Below, one piece after another: positions 38,601 to 47,300 of a DNA stretch of 64,000 bases (position 1 is the stretch's first letter; each line of letters begins with the position of its first letter). Made by a program: the position numbers and the translations under genes. The notes under the pieces are model-generated. The model saw nothing but the letters and a program-made list of their open reading frames with translations. It searched no databases and was not told the DNA's origin. Origin of the DNA: Verrucomicrobiota bacterium (GTDB taxonomy: Bacteria; Verrucomicrobiota; Verrucomicrobiia; Opitutales; Cerasicoccaceae); the NCBI GenBank assembly GCA_039818205.1, contig JBCBUK010000005.1:1-64000 (forward strand). The letters run 5' to 3'.

Positions 38601-40994
38601 ACCTTGTTCTCCATCTAATCCCCTTAGGCGTGGATTGCTGTAACGGCTGAGTGCGCTGTTGATGTCATTGGCGATTGTGCCCAGTTCTTCGAGGTCGAAC
38701 GTGTCAACCAGAGCCTTCAAGGTCTGTCTTTCATGGACGTGACCGCCCGCGCCCTGATAGCCCTGATCTCTCTCGTAAACGCCGCCGGACAGATCGTCGC
38801 CCAAGATATTGAGGATTGCTTGAAATTCGGAATCGCTGATATGATAGCGAATGCTGTTTACATCGCTCTTAATGTGCCCGACCATTGCGTTGCGGGCAGG
38901 ATTGTTGACCATCCTGACGAAGCATTCCAAGAGTTCCATATAATGTGGAGCCAGGTCAGCGCCGCTGAGGCGACTAAGGGCCTTGTAGGCGCCAACTCGA
39001 ACATACCAGACGTATTCGTATTCGAGTAAAGGGAGTAGTGCATCGGTGTTGTCGCGCACGATATCGACAGGCACCTTGATCATGGCCCAGGTCGCGGCAT
39101 CCAGCTCCCAATGGTCGGAATCGGGATCTCTCAGAATGCTGAGTACGTAAGGCGCCATGCGGCGGTAGTCGTCCTCATCGTAATCATAATCGGTAAAATC
39201 TGCGGTATAAAAAGGCTCTAGGCCGGTAATCGCTTTTAGGCCCGCAGTTCGGACGCGGGCATCATCGCTCTCGATAGCTTCGATGATCATATCTACCGCC
39301 GGATCGGTTAGATCGTTGTCGGGATCTCCATCGGAGTTGAGAGGGCTGAGGTTGTCGTCATTTGCCAGATGGCCAAGCGCTATGGATGCGTGGTAGCGAA
39401 CCTTGGGGTGCCAATGCCGCATGTGCTTGTGGATGTTTTCAACAGTGCCGTTGTTGATCCATTCACCCATCCAGGAACCATAGTCACTATCTTCATAACC
39501 CTCGGCATGCGTGATGAGGAAGTACTCGTGATGCTTGGGAATGACTTCAGGGACATGCCGGATCACACTGTGCTCGGTTGGTGGGGCACCAGTCATGCGC
39601 AGATTGTTGCGTGCCGCTACGTAGTTAAGCCCGACCATGGCGCCCCAGGCATCATCGTCATAGCGAGTCGAATCGAATGCTGGAAGTAAGGTAAACGTTC
39701 CATCGTAGTCACGGCAAAGTTCAAAATACCAGCGCATGGTGTCCATCATGTAGCGATAGGAGCCCTCATGCTCATTCAATCCGCTGGTAATGGCGCGCCA
39801 AAGGACGTTGCCGAAGTTGCCGGAGTGTCCACCTTCAAAGGCATCCGCGTTGTAGCCGTCCATTGCGCCAATCATCTTGGCAGCAGAAGCATAGGGCTCA
39901 TTGAGCATCGAGATACCAGCACCTGCGAGAGACAGTTTACCATTCACAGCGCCGCCTTCGTTATAGCGGTGGTCACCATAGATTGGGGCGCCGACTCCCG
40001 CAGTTTGGTAATAATACCGGAGCGATTTTTCGAAATCTTCATCACTAATAGTTACGCCACACTCGCGGGAAAGCGCCACTCCCGTAAAGACTTGCCCACC
40101 GACTGCATTGACCAAGCCACTGCCCACGTAATCGGCCTTCACAAATCCCGTCTGGCCCACACTCCAACCATGGCCCCATCCACCCACTGATTCGGTGGCA
40201 AAAGCATGATTCACGTCGTTCTGCAGATTGGGTAGGACAGCGGTGTCTCCGGTGCGGATGTAATACTCGGCAACGGCGATGGTCTTGAGTGAGCCATACC
40301 AGTTGTTTGTCCTGCCGGTGTTGCTTCCGGTGCTGATTGTTTCGGTCCCCAAGCTACCCATCAAGGTCCTGACGGCATCAAGGTGCTGCTCTTCACCAGT
40401 GGAGAGGAGAAAGAGTGTCATGAAGGAGGCCATGTGGCCACCTGTCTCCCAAGTAAGCCCGGAGTTGATTGAACCGACATAACGATCCGCCGTTTGCTGA
40501 ATGATGAGATCCGATTTCGGACAGCTATCCGGCCAAGTCGCGCTGTAGGCAGTGTTGGTGATCGCTAGCTGAATGGTGTAGTCCGAGCGATTTCCATTTC
40601 GTTCGATATCAAAAGTGATCTCCCCGTTACCGGCTTCCGAGTCGGTGATGGCATTACCTAAGGCCACTCGCGGGTCATGGTGAGTTCCGTTCCCTATTGA
40701 GGTGAAATAGCTATCGGAAAGGCTGTCGCCATTGACCTTCCAAATGATGTCGCCGACTTCAATGACGCCATTCGCCGGACCACCCGACTGAACCTTGCTA
40801 ACAACCACAAAATCGTCACCCGAATCCCAATCGGCGTAGAAACCTGTCGGGCCTACTTGGAATGGATGGTTGCTAACAGCCAATAGCGCCTGACCTCCGA
40901 AGAAATTGATGATGGCCAAAATCAGTAGTCTGCTAACGTATTTCACAAGGATGTCCCTTAGTCTACTACCAGTATATGAATGGAAGGCCTGCAT
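32691..40994 (-). CDS. Giant (2767 aa) secreted multidomain protein: PDZ/DUF6288-like N-terminus, HEAT-like repeats, LamG-like region, 2 PKD-like and 6 FN3-like repeats, C-terminal verrucomicrobial-type module
   Basis: Signal peptide; VGPTG..V..GGPA.G...GD.I (PDZ-like); PVANAG..VTLDGSGSTD (PKD); six [YF]YG..D.G....W...L.....Y.YR..A.N..G repeats; C-terminal DFDGDG..EFYFGKDP..YSTDL..W..FIRVQI. Confidence 0.85.
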   Translation of the reverse strand: MQAFHSYTGSRLRDILVKYVSRLLILAIINFFGGQALLAVSNHPFQVGPTGFYADWDSGDDFVVVSKVQSGGPANGVIEVGDIIWKVNGDSLSDSYFTSIGNGTHHDPRVALGNAITDSEAGNGEITFDIERNGNRSDYTIQLAITNTAYSATWPDSCPKSDLIIQQTADRYVGSINSGLTWETGGHMASFMTLFLLSTGEEQHLDAVRTLMGSLGTETISTGSNTGRTNNWYGSLKTIAVAEYYIRTGDTAVLPNLQNDVNHAFATESVGGWGHGWSVGQTGFVKADYVGSGLVNAVGGQVFTGVALSRECGVTISDEDFEKSLRYYYQTAGVGAPIYGDHRYNEGGAVNGKLSLAGAGISMLNEPYASAAKMIGAMDGYNADAFEGGHSGNFGNVLWRAITSGLNEHEGSYRYMMDTMRWYFELCRDYDGTFTLLPAFDSTRYDDDAWGAMVGLNYVAARNNLRMTGAPPTEHSVIRHVPEVIPKHHEYFLITHAEGYEDSDYGSWMGEWINNGTVENIHKHMRHWHPKVRYHASIALGHLANDDNLSPLNSDGDPDNDLTDPAVDMIIEAIESDDARVRTAGLKAITGLEPFYTADFTDYDYDEDDYRRMAPYVLSILRDPDSDHWELDAATWAMIKVPVDIVRDNTDALLPLLEYEYVWYVRVGAYKALSRLSGADLAPHYMELLECFVRMVNNPARNAMVGHIKSDVNSIRYHISDSEFQAILNILGDDLSGGVYERDQGYQGAGGHVHERQTLKALVDTFDLEELGTIANDINSALSRYSNPRLRGLDGEQGFMDELYDWYTLVDHPLWRGTEEELLPFYPGFSAMLSTGFDTIVTWDDSRYGEAEEVFEFIEDTLIPYQSANGLVPVYHSHDFTADPATILGPNPAPFPDHEDQGIHYKLEIGSGASVPNHGMNSFSADAQMSDPAGWSNVGIAPYSNYSLNANEAWVFADNPHLVDRETSGRIEDRIRDGSYITSAWVRLNDTLPDSDSHFVVFSALYDFDFGVRRLDVNGEWKNTLFFEAANWGNSIDPIYAMNDSLGRPDIFLEAGKDYFIMFERRRNYSDNEKTLLHLYDPEQNVWLISNGNHGSALGNVTLDTRGFHIGIGSITSDVLDTDTRFPGYIDSVQMWSHVNKVNPQTLTGQFTLARQNALVQVTESPSAMLVIQNVDGISALLDGHLAKAGPVGSVLTVYYGETDGGTNPANWDHSITYSLSDKLEAREVLIEGLLPDNNYYARAHVQNPVGAMLEFWTPQPVTFSTLSAAGDSENPVANAGLNVVVIDDDLGGTATVTLDGSGSTDNIAIQTYTWTFANGDLISTGSDAIQTAEIPTGFHVITLTTTDFNGNTAQSQFAVDVIGGDNPAAPNAVAGLDQVVVDYDSSGSCLVQFDGSESGSNGVTPTSITWEIDGQVVASGANPYVDLAVGEHFVVMTVEGASGDANQDSFAVEVISVNDAMLARAELSGLDNHVIIAAQDFTGMGEGLVTGSGEIHYTESTAPNREIPFWSFTTENDTDGTGVITGITKLNAPVDPIAEQEAYIVDTRTGFSSTRWWYFSDPIDVSAFSNCRIAAEMQVFAGNYNSSNYLRSKVHMELDDGTIEVQELFFITGSTTSSSGPFIGTYDIPNDVKYVWMEVSGKSANRWMGVDNVILVGQVPEPAIVEVQTPDRINATNARVKGAVIDTGRENPNIKIYYGTMDRGETTAGWDGVVDLGTRSGGFNTTLTGLSELTTYYYRVYAENAGGESFSPTAATFRTGSSTPIDPAVISILPSSDIAANSLTLNAQVDDTSGDTPSITIFYGDNDGGTNTNNWDNSADLGYQSGSFSQSLSGLNLYETIYYRVRAVNFGGTTWSDTESVTTTNPGSSVFFSIQNNVDMTAASWDRGTIPGAGDIAIMDDYLRFRQLDGESFDADQLILSNQLRIYNSISFNDLVLFPGSTLYQQNSDDTATFDTITVHQGLITYNGNRSNQKIAANRIVGDGELTWRRPNSTQDLTNLAEIDCADMTGFTGLLTIGGSTQSGGPVDLTQDILSGDASFAMHIVGDGNFFVLSGQVAVTDLTVDKDYFAAGTYTLDTATNPSAIDLTDLNGRDYSPFFGDLGGTITVTGVPPAIELPVITTDSETNITIHEATINGEIITTGGQSPSITLFYGETDQGASTTGWDGAINLGIQSRSFSHTLSSLTHNTEYFYRFYATNSAGGTFISNTEAFTTLELRSPIVEVSPAGAVTSTAARIKGRITDDGNAPTTVTFYYGTNDGGEVAGNWSNTVSIGEHRNGSVSTFLSSLAPNEVYYYRIHVSNEGGESWSSSTQHFTAKTSDDFVYLHYFNGPSGQQIHGVAPDFAPGAEVWDNANSSNSNFFADGAVSGGGTKRKGIWLPLTPTAGNIYTLSADILSNQGGDGIALCYSQYNANARWDIADVNPYGSILVRSEANNRTLLTYTGVIKNGQITVPTDQVPDFGYVEVSVVLDASDADPATWTMEFFVEGVSVRGPDMVGSGSFADIRYIGLSKNTGGGSVRDVTLTESAPATKPSIVSHAEMGLTATTADIHGEVTSTGGETPHVILFYGENDQGETKTGWEASIDVGYETGIFAQTITGLLAETTYQYRLYAENSAGGVFSGAESFTTLAPPDSNVDFATWPSTILPAALESEYNTNPNIDFDGDGLSMIKEFYFGKDPLRSDSNALIEIEHISSDSTFRFIYERRKNHRGVLVAYEYSTDLAKWDPLVVFNEATEDTTVGKERVTIEIPDNSGDSVFIRVQIQPE

Positions 40995-41126
40995 CCTCAG
41001 TAGTGAAGATCACCTCAATCAAACTGGGTAGACCTTCCGAGAATGAAGATGAAACCTCCCCTTTCAATTTGAAACAGCCTATGACCATCATCTTTTACAT
41101 TTAGTTCGCTAGTTTGGGATCGCGAT

Positions 41127-41517
41127 GGCTATCTAAGAAGAAATTGATAAGCCCAATGGGACTTCCGAGTCGTCGCAGTCCTGAAAAAATGAGTTTTGGG
41201 AGCGGTACTCCCCCTTGAATTGGCCAATTGCCAATGAGAGTATTTTCGGTCAATTACACCGAAAACTCATATGAAAAAAGGATGTCGCACGACTGGGCAG
41301 ATTATCCATTTACTTCGCGCCAATGCGCAAAATCCAAAGAATCCCACTGAGCGTTTTTGAGCAGGTCCGCCCACGGACGATCGCGCCCGTCTGCTCGTGC
41401 CGAATCTTCCGGGATAAACTGTTCCAAGTACTCCTATTCACTCTCACTCAAATCCATCCATTGATCAACGAGATCAACGATCCAATAGTACAAGAATTAT
41501 CTATGAGATGGCCCCTA
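41127..41517 (-). mobile_element. Degenerate, internally deleted IS5-family element
   Basis: Candidate ends TAGGGGCCATCTCATAG (41517-41501) and GGCTATCTAAGAA (41127-41139) enclose transposase fragments. Confidence 0.6.
41275..41457 (-). pseudogene. IS5-family transposase N-terminal fragment with stops and a frameshift
   Basis: MDLSESE*EYLEQFIPEDSARADGRDRPWAD, then in another frame TLSGILWILRIGAK*MD.LPSRAT; matches the IS5-type pattern MDLT..QW..L...IP....GRGRP...LNGILWILRTGA.W.DLP. Confidence 0.75.
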
Positions 41518-41549
41518 AGCGCCCTTACCAGTTCAAGGTAAGGGCGCTT
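41517..41549 (+). terminator. Perfect 13-bp stem hairpin, terminator-like
   Basis: AAGCGCCCTTACC-agttcaa-GGTAAGGGCGCTT followed by CTCGTTCTTCTT. Confidence 0.5.
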
Positions 41550-41672
41550 CTCGTTCTTCTTATGAGGTACCCTCGATTAAGCCAATACATAGCTGATAAT
41601 CAGACAGCTGACCACTGACTACACTCGCGTTTTTCATCGCCATCAAGCGGCTAAAAAAGCATATTGATAATC

Positions 41673-43313
41673 ATGAATCTACGCCCCTGCTGCTTTTCAT
41701 TTATTCTCTTCTGTTTGTTTTCAGTTGTTTGTGCAGCTGAACCTGCGGACTCCATCATCAAGAACGCCGAGGCTGACCTGGCAAAATTTGAAGGCCAAGC
41801 TGATGGCTTAACCGCCGATCGCAAATCAAGCGTCCGCCGTTTACTCAAACTCGTGAATCTGGCGCACGAGCGGCTCGATAGCTCGAAGAATAAAGACGCC
41901 CCATCCTGGCAGAAAGCCAATGAACGATTTATAACACTGAAAACGCGCCTCAACGATCTTCTTACTCCCGACGAGAATAAATCCACTACCAGCCAAGCAA
42001 AACCGACGGCATCGACCTCAGCGGCGCCCAGTACTAGCACCACCGAATCCGCAGTCCGTCCACTTGTCTCGGGCGAGCGAGTGCGGGTCAAGAAACTGAT
42101 TCGCGACATCAATTCAGTAGACGAGTCGATTGTTACGACCGGCCCGTCACCACTTCAGGACTCGAATGAAGTCGCCAAGTATCAAAAGCGTATCAAGCAG
42201 TTCCAAGAGGCATTGCAACGGTATCCTCAGCTGGACGACCCCGATGTCCAGGCAGCTCGCCAAGCTTACAATGCCTTATTGAAGAAACTCGAAGGCGAAT
42301 ACAATCGAGCCCGTGGCCAAAGCCAAGAACTGGGCGATGTCCAAGCACGCCTCGCCACGATTCGTCAAAACTTCAACGACTACCCGGCCCCGAAGCCATT
42401 GGCTTTGCCGTTCGACGAGGTGGCAGCCCAGTCTTGGGTGAAGCAGGCTAGCCAAGCCCGAACAGTTGCCGACCACAACTTCAAGGAATTGAAGCAGATT
42501 GCCCCACTAGCCTATTTGCCGCAGACTGTCGGCACCCCTGAGAGCGGAGCGCCGTTTGATGCTTCGGATCTGCAGCGCATGCTAGCCTACTGCAGCACTC
42601 TCGTTAAAGAGGTTGAAGGGAGCTATGCAGCAACCGCGCAAAGCCTCGATAGCCGACTGAAGACGATCGAGTCAGATGTTGTGAACCGCTGGAACCTCGA
42701 CCCTAATGACCCGGAGAAGCGATGGCGCTTCATTGGGAAGGGCCAGGCTCTCGATGCTCATCAGGTCTTCGATGAAGCGATCACCATGGCACAGTCTTCA
42801 GTATACTTAGAAAGCGCACTGAACCGCGATACAAGCAAAGCGGAAGCGGTTATCTCGCAACTGCAAGACGCCAAATCCAGCTTCGACAAGAATGCGCAGA
42901 TTGCATTGCGGGAATCTCAGTTACCCAAGGCAGCTTCCAAGGATAGTGCTCGCCAAAAGATCGCAAAAGAAGTTCTGAAAAATCCTGATTATGAGTTCGG
43001 TGAGTTTGGGACCATCGTGCTAACGACACCCAAAATCATCGAGCGGGAGAAAAAGCATAGCGAACTCGAGATTGATGACGCAGAGGTGACTCTGGGCGGT
43101 GATCTTAAAGTTTCCGGTACAGAAACAACTTGGACCTACAAATGGGAAGAGTTTAAATTCGCTGTTCCACTAAAGGAATCAGACAGTGACATTTGGTATA
43201 TCTGGTGGATCACGGCTAAAAAATACTCGTCAGGCGGAAACCGCACTCCCATCGGCTATTGGGTTTCGGGTAAAGCCACTCAAGGCAATGAGATTTTGCC
43301 AGAGAACTTTTAG
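41673..43313 (+). CDS. Hypothetical exported protein (helical/coiled-coil body, Trp-rich beta C-terminus)
   Basis: Long ORF with signal peptide (ILFCLFSVVCA-AE) and an S/T-rich linker; no family recognised. Confidence 0.8.
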   Translation: MNLRPCCFSFILFCLFSVVCAAEPADSIIKNAEADLAKFEGQADGLTADRKSSVRRLLKLVNLAHERLDSSKNKDAPSWQKANERFITLKTRLNDLLTPDENKSTTSQAKPTASTSAAPSTSTTESAVRPLVSGERVRVKKLIRDINSVDESIVTTGPSPLQDSNEVAKYQKRIKQFQEALQRYPQLDDPDVQAARQAYNALLKKLEGEYNRARGQSQELGDVQARLATIRQNFNDYPAPKPLALPFDEVAAQSWVKQASQARTVADHNFKELKQIAPLAYLPQTVGTPESGAPFDASDLQRMLAYCSTLVKEVEGSYAATAQSLDSRLKTIESDVVNRWNLDPNDPEKRWRFIGKGQALDAHQVFDEAITMAQSSVYLESALNRDTSKAEAVISQLQDAKSSFDKNAQIALRESQLPKAASKDSARQKIAKEVLKNPDYEFGEFGTIVLTTPKIIEREKKHSELEIDDAEVTLGGDLKVSGTETTWTYKWEEFKFAVPLKESDSDIWYIWWITAKKYSSGGNRTPIGYWVSGKATQGNEILPENF

Positions 43314-43623
43314 GCTACCACACAGTTCGAGTTCAGCAAGGACTCCCTCGCTACCCACTACTTGGGCTCCTTGTGATCTAAATATGCTCCAAATTAACCA
43401 CGATTCTCAGGGTGGTATTTGGCTATGCGGAATTCTTTCACTTCTCCTGCGAGCGTGGAGATTTCAGGCGAGTGAAACGAGTTCTGAAAATCAACTTGTT
43501 AGCATTCATTCTTCACAACCCTCCAAGAAATCTGGGCTAGATCACAATCGTTGGCCAGGCGCTGCTGTTAGGAACCGACAGCTAGGCTTCGCGACAGTCG
43601 GCATCCGATCGATAGTGAGAGAG

Positions 43624-43845
43624 CTATTTCTTTTCGACCTGAACCAGGCGCTCCATCGCACCATCCAGGCTAGCGAACCACTCCGGATTTGTCCGGAAAA
43701 TCCACACGACTGCAAGGAGACCGACAATAACGACCCCAAGCCATCCAGTTTTTTTGACGAAAAGCCCAACTCCGACGACGCCGGCAATAACAAGAATAAC
43801 GGGTAGGTAGTGCTGTAGTTCAGCATTCACGACGCTCATAGTCAC
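43624..43845 (-). CDS. Small two-TM membrane protein
   Basis: YLPVILVIAGVVGVGLFVKK and GWLGVVIVGLLAVVWIF hydrophobic segments with a basic loop. Confidence 0.55.
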   Translation of the reverse strand: MTMSVVNAELQHYLPVILVIAGVVGVGLFVKKTGWLGVVIVGLLAVVWIFRTNPEWFASLDGAMERLVQVEKK

Positions 43846-44332
43846 CTTTTAGCGGCCCAAGTCAAGGATCCTGAAGCAATTATTAGGCACATCAGTAATA
43901 ATTTCCGGTCCAGATACCCTATTCGCTGCAGACTGCCTAAGTAAATCCAACCAGTACTTTCCTACTACTCACCGGTTACAGTTCAGAAAATTTGATAAAT
44001 TTGACGCCGTTAGTTCCGTAAGGTTGGCATCAAACGCCAAATTCTTACATTTACGTGAATAAAGAAATCAGAGTTGATGAAAAACCCGGTGCTTAACAAA
44101 GTGATATTATGATTTCGTCAATCTACCCGGGACAAACATCGCCAACCGGTGACACCCTGTCTTTTCAAATCGGGTACTCGCCTCGGGCTGTTGACCGATC
44201 ATATATCCACACTTCCAGTTCATCTGCTCGCTCATAGGTGCATCATCAATGCATCCGAAACAAGCCCGGAATGCTGACCCAATCCGAGGACGGACTTACC
44301 GCAACCGCCGCTAGAAATTCGATCCAATTACC

Positions 44333-47300
44333 ATGCCCGAGAAAAAAAAGAAAGGTGTCATTAAAAAAGTCTCAATCACGCTAGGAGTTCTGTTTTTGCT
44401 CTACGTTATCGGAGGATTTTGGGGCGTCCCGCTCGCCCTGCGCTATATTGGGCTGAGTAAGCTAAACGAAGCCGTGGCCGGAAGCGGCGAGGTCGAGGCT
44501 TTCCGATTCAACCCATTCACTTGGGAGTTGAAGATTGAAGGCCTAACTGGGCGCACCCCCGATGGTGAGACGGCACTCTCATTCGAAGAATTTTCAGTCC
44601 AGGTTCAGCCATTCTCGGTTTTCGCCGACGCCTACGAAATCAAATCCATCTTATTGAAGGCACCTCAGCTCAACCTGATCGTCGACAAGAATGGCCAAAT
44701 CAATATCCAGTCTGCCATCGGCAAAATCCAGGAGCAGGTGGACGAAATGCAGGCCGAGCAAGCCGAGAAACAAGCCGAGAGTGACGAGCCCTTTGTCATC
44801 CCAGCTATCGTCATCAACCAGCTCCAAGTCATCGAGGCTGGAGCGAAAATTCAGATCGACTCCCTGTCCGAGCCGTTTGTTCGTGAGATACAGCACGTAT
44901 CCTTTGAGATGAACAACGTCAGCACGGATGCCCTCCACGAGAACCCCTATGACTTTGAACTCTCGACGGCTCGGGGCGAGACGCTATCGGTCAACGGAAA
45001 CATCAAGCTCGACCCCCTGAGCTCGCAGGGAAAAATTGAACTGAAAGACCTCTCGCTCGCCGATTTCTCGGCCTTCGCGGGCGACCAAATTGGACTGGCC
45101 GTCACCGATGGCAGCCTAAGCGTTGGCTTCGACTACGCCTTCATCCCGCTCGGCAACAATCCAAACCTGGGTATCACCAATGGGTCCATTGATCTGACCG
45201 AGTTCGCGCTGACCGCCAATGAAGAATCCGAACCCTTTCAAACGATTAGCTCGATGTCGATTGACGGGTTGGCCTTCAACATTCTCAAGGAAGACATTTC
45301 GCTCGAATCCTTTGAAATCCGTGACAGCTCATTGACCGTAGTGCGCGACTCCGACGGGCTATTGAGCCTGCTCAAATACGTAACGACCGCCGAGCAGCAG
45401 GAGGCGATTGCCGCCCAAGCCCAAGGTGAGAAACAAGCGGAAGCAAAGACTCAAGCCCGCGAAATTCGACTCGGGGTGGTGTCCGACGATCAAGACTTGG
45501 GCGTCGCCCTGACTTCTGCTTGGAATCAAATTCAGCAATTGGTCGAAATCAAATGGAACCTCGCAGCAGGCAAAGTTCTTGTGTCCAATCAAAGCTTGGT
45601 CTGGCGGGACGAGTTTCTCGCCCGACCAGCCGAGTTACGTTTCACCGAAATAAATCTGGAAGCGACCGAGCTGACAAACCAGGAGAACGCGCCGTTCCCC
45701 TACAAGCTCAGTCTGAAGATGAACGATAGCGGCACGATCGATCTCGATGGCACGTTTACACCGACGCCCGCCGCCTCGGTCTTCAATTTCGATGTCGCGA
45801 CGCTGCCCTTAGTTGAGATCAGCCCTTACCTTGACCCTCTGGCGCCCGTGCGGCTCAACAGCGGTGCGCTTTCGGCGCAGGGCGATGGCAACATTGCCTT
45901 TCCCGATCAAGTGGTTCCTGAACTCACCGCTGAAGTATCGAGCGGGAGCCTGGCTGATTTGCAGATCGACTGGGCTGAACCAGCGGGCCCACTATTAAAG
46001 TGGTCGAACTTCAGCTTTAGCGGCATCACAGCCAAGACAGATCCGATGTCGGCGACAATTTCAGAGGTCACTCTAGAGCAACCCGAAATTTGGATCGAGC
46101 GTCTGGAGGATGGTTCATTGCGCCTTCCACTTCCAGCAGGCAACGCGGCCGAACCAAGCGCCGCGCCTACGAGTGACTCGACGCCCGCCCGAGAACCCGC
46201 CGAGTCCGCACCCGCGTTTTCGGCGATGCTGACTTCCTTCAAGATGAGTGGCGCCAAAGCCAACATCAAAGATCAATCGGTTAGCCCAGCCGTCGCCTTC
46301 TCGGTGACCGAGGTTCAAATGGAGGCCGGCCCCCTTGCCTATCCTGATGTGCAACCACTCAAGTTTGATATCGGCTCCAAGCTTGCCGATGGGCCGTCGG
46401 GAACCGTCAAAATTAAAGGAGCACTGGAGCCACTGAAACCACTGGAGGCAACCGAGATCTCGATCTCAACGGCTGGTGTAACGCTTCCTCCATTTAGCGC
46501 CTACGCAGTCTCAATCATTGGCCAACCACCGACCAGCGGAAGCGTCACCTCGAAGCTCGACTACAAAATCACGAGTGGACAAATCGACGGAGCCAACGAC
46601 ATCAAAATCAAAAGCATGGTTTTTGGCCCGCGCCCGGAGAACACGGATGCGCCCGACCTTCCCCTGGAACTGGGAGTCGCAATCTTGGAAGACAGCAACG
46701 GCGTAATGAACATCGACATTCCCGTCCAAGGAAACACCAACGATCCGGAGTTCACGATCGACCGGATGATTCAATACGCAATCGGCAACGTGATTGAGAA
46801 GTTAGCCAGTGCACCATTCGAGGCACTCGGCGGAATCTTCCCTGGCGAGGACGGCGACCCAGCTGACTATGTCGCATTCGAGCCCGGCCAATCCTCGCTG
46901 AGCGTCGAAGCCACCGAAGGCTTAGCCAAACTAGCTGAGGTGCTCCTCGATCGCCCTCTCCTCAAGCTCGAGCTCATTCCTTCGATTGCCCCAGAAGAGG
47001 ATCTTGGTACCCTGCGCACGATCGCCTACCAGGCTGCAATCGACGCCCGGAAATCACAGGGCGACAACGACCAGCAGGCACTCGAGTCGCTATACGATGC
47101 GCTTCCCGACAACTTGAAGCTGCCGGCCGGTAGCGAGATTACACCAGCGTCCATGGAGCAAGTCGTCCGCCTGTCCATGCCTGTCAGCGGCGAACAGCTT
47201 TCAACACTGGCACAGACTCGGGTTGAGGTGGTGCAGAGCGCTCTCCTCGCGAGTGGCACGCTCGATGCCAGCCGCATCACGGTCTCGGCGCCGGAGGGAG

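Noticed and set aside
32691..40994. Diversity-generating retroelement or shufflon acting on the giant gene
   Set aside because: No reverse transcriptase, near-identical TR/VR pair or adjacent invertase seen; the internal repeats are diverged at DNA level.
41323..41541. 72-aa plus-strand ORF
   Set aside because: Antisense shadow of the IS5 transposase remnant.
43186..43826. 206-aa plus-strand and 94-aa minus-strand ORFs
   Set aside because: They overlap better-supported genes and lack protein-like composition.
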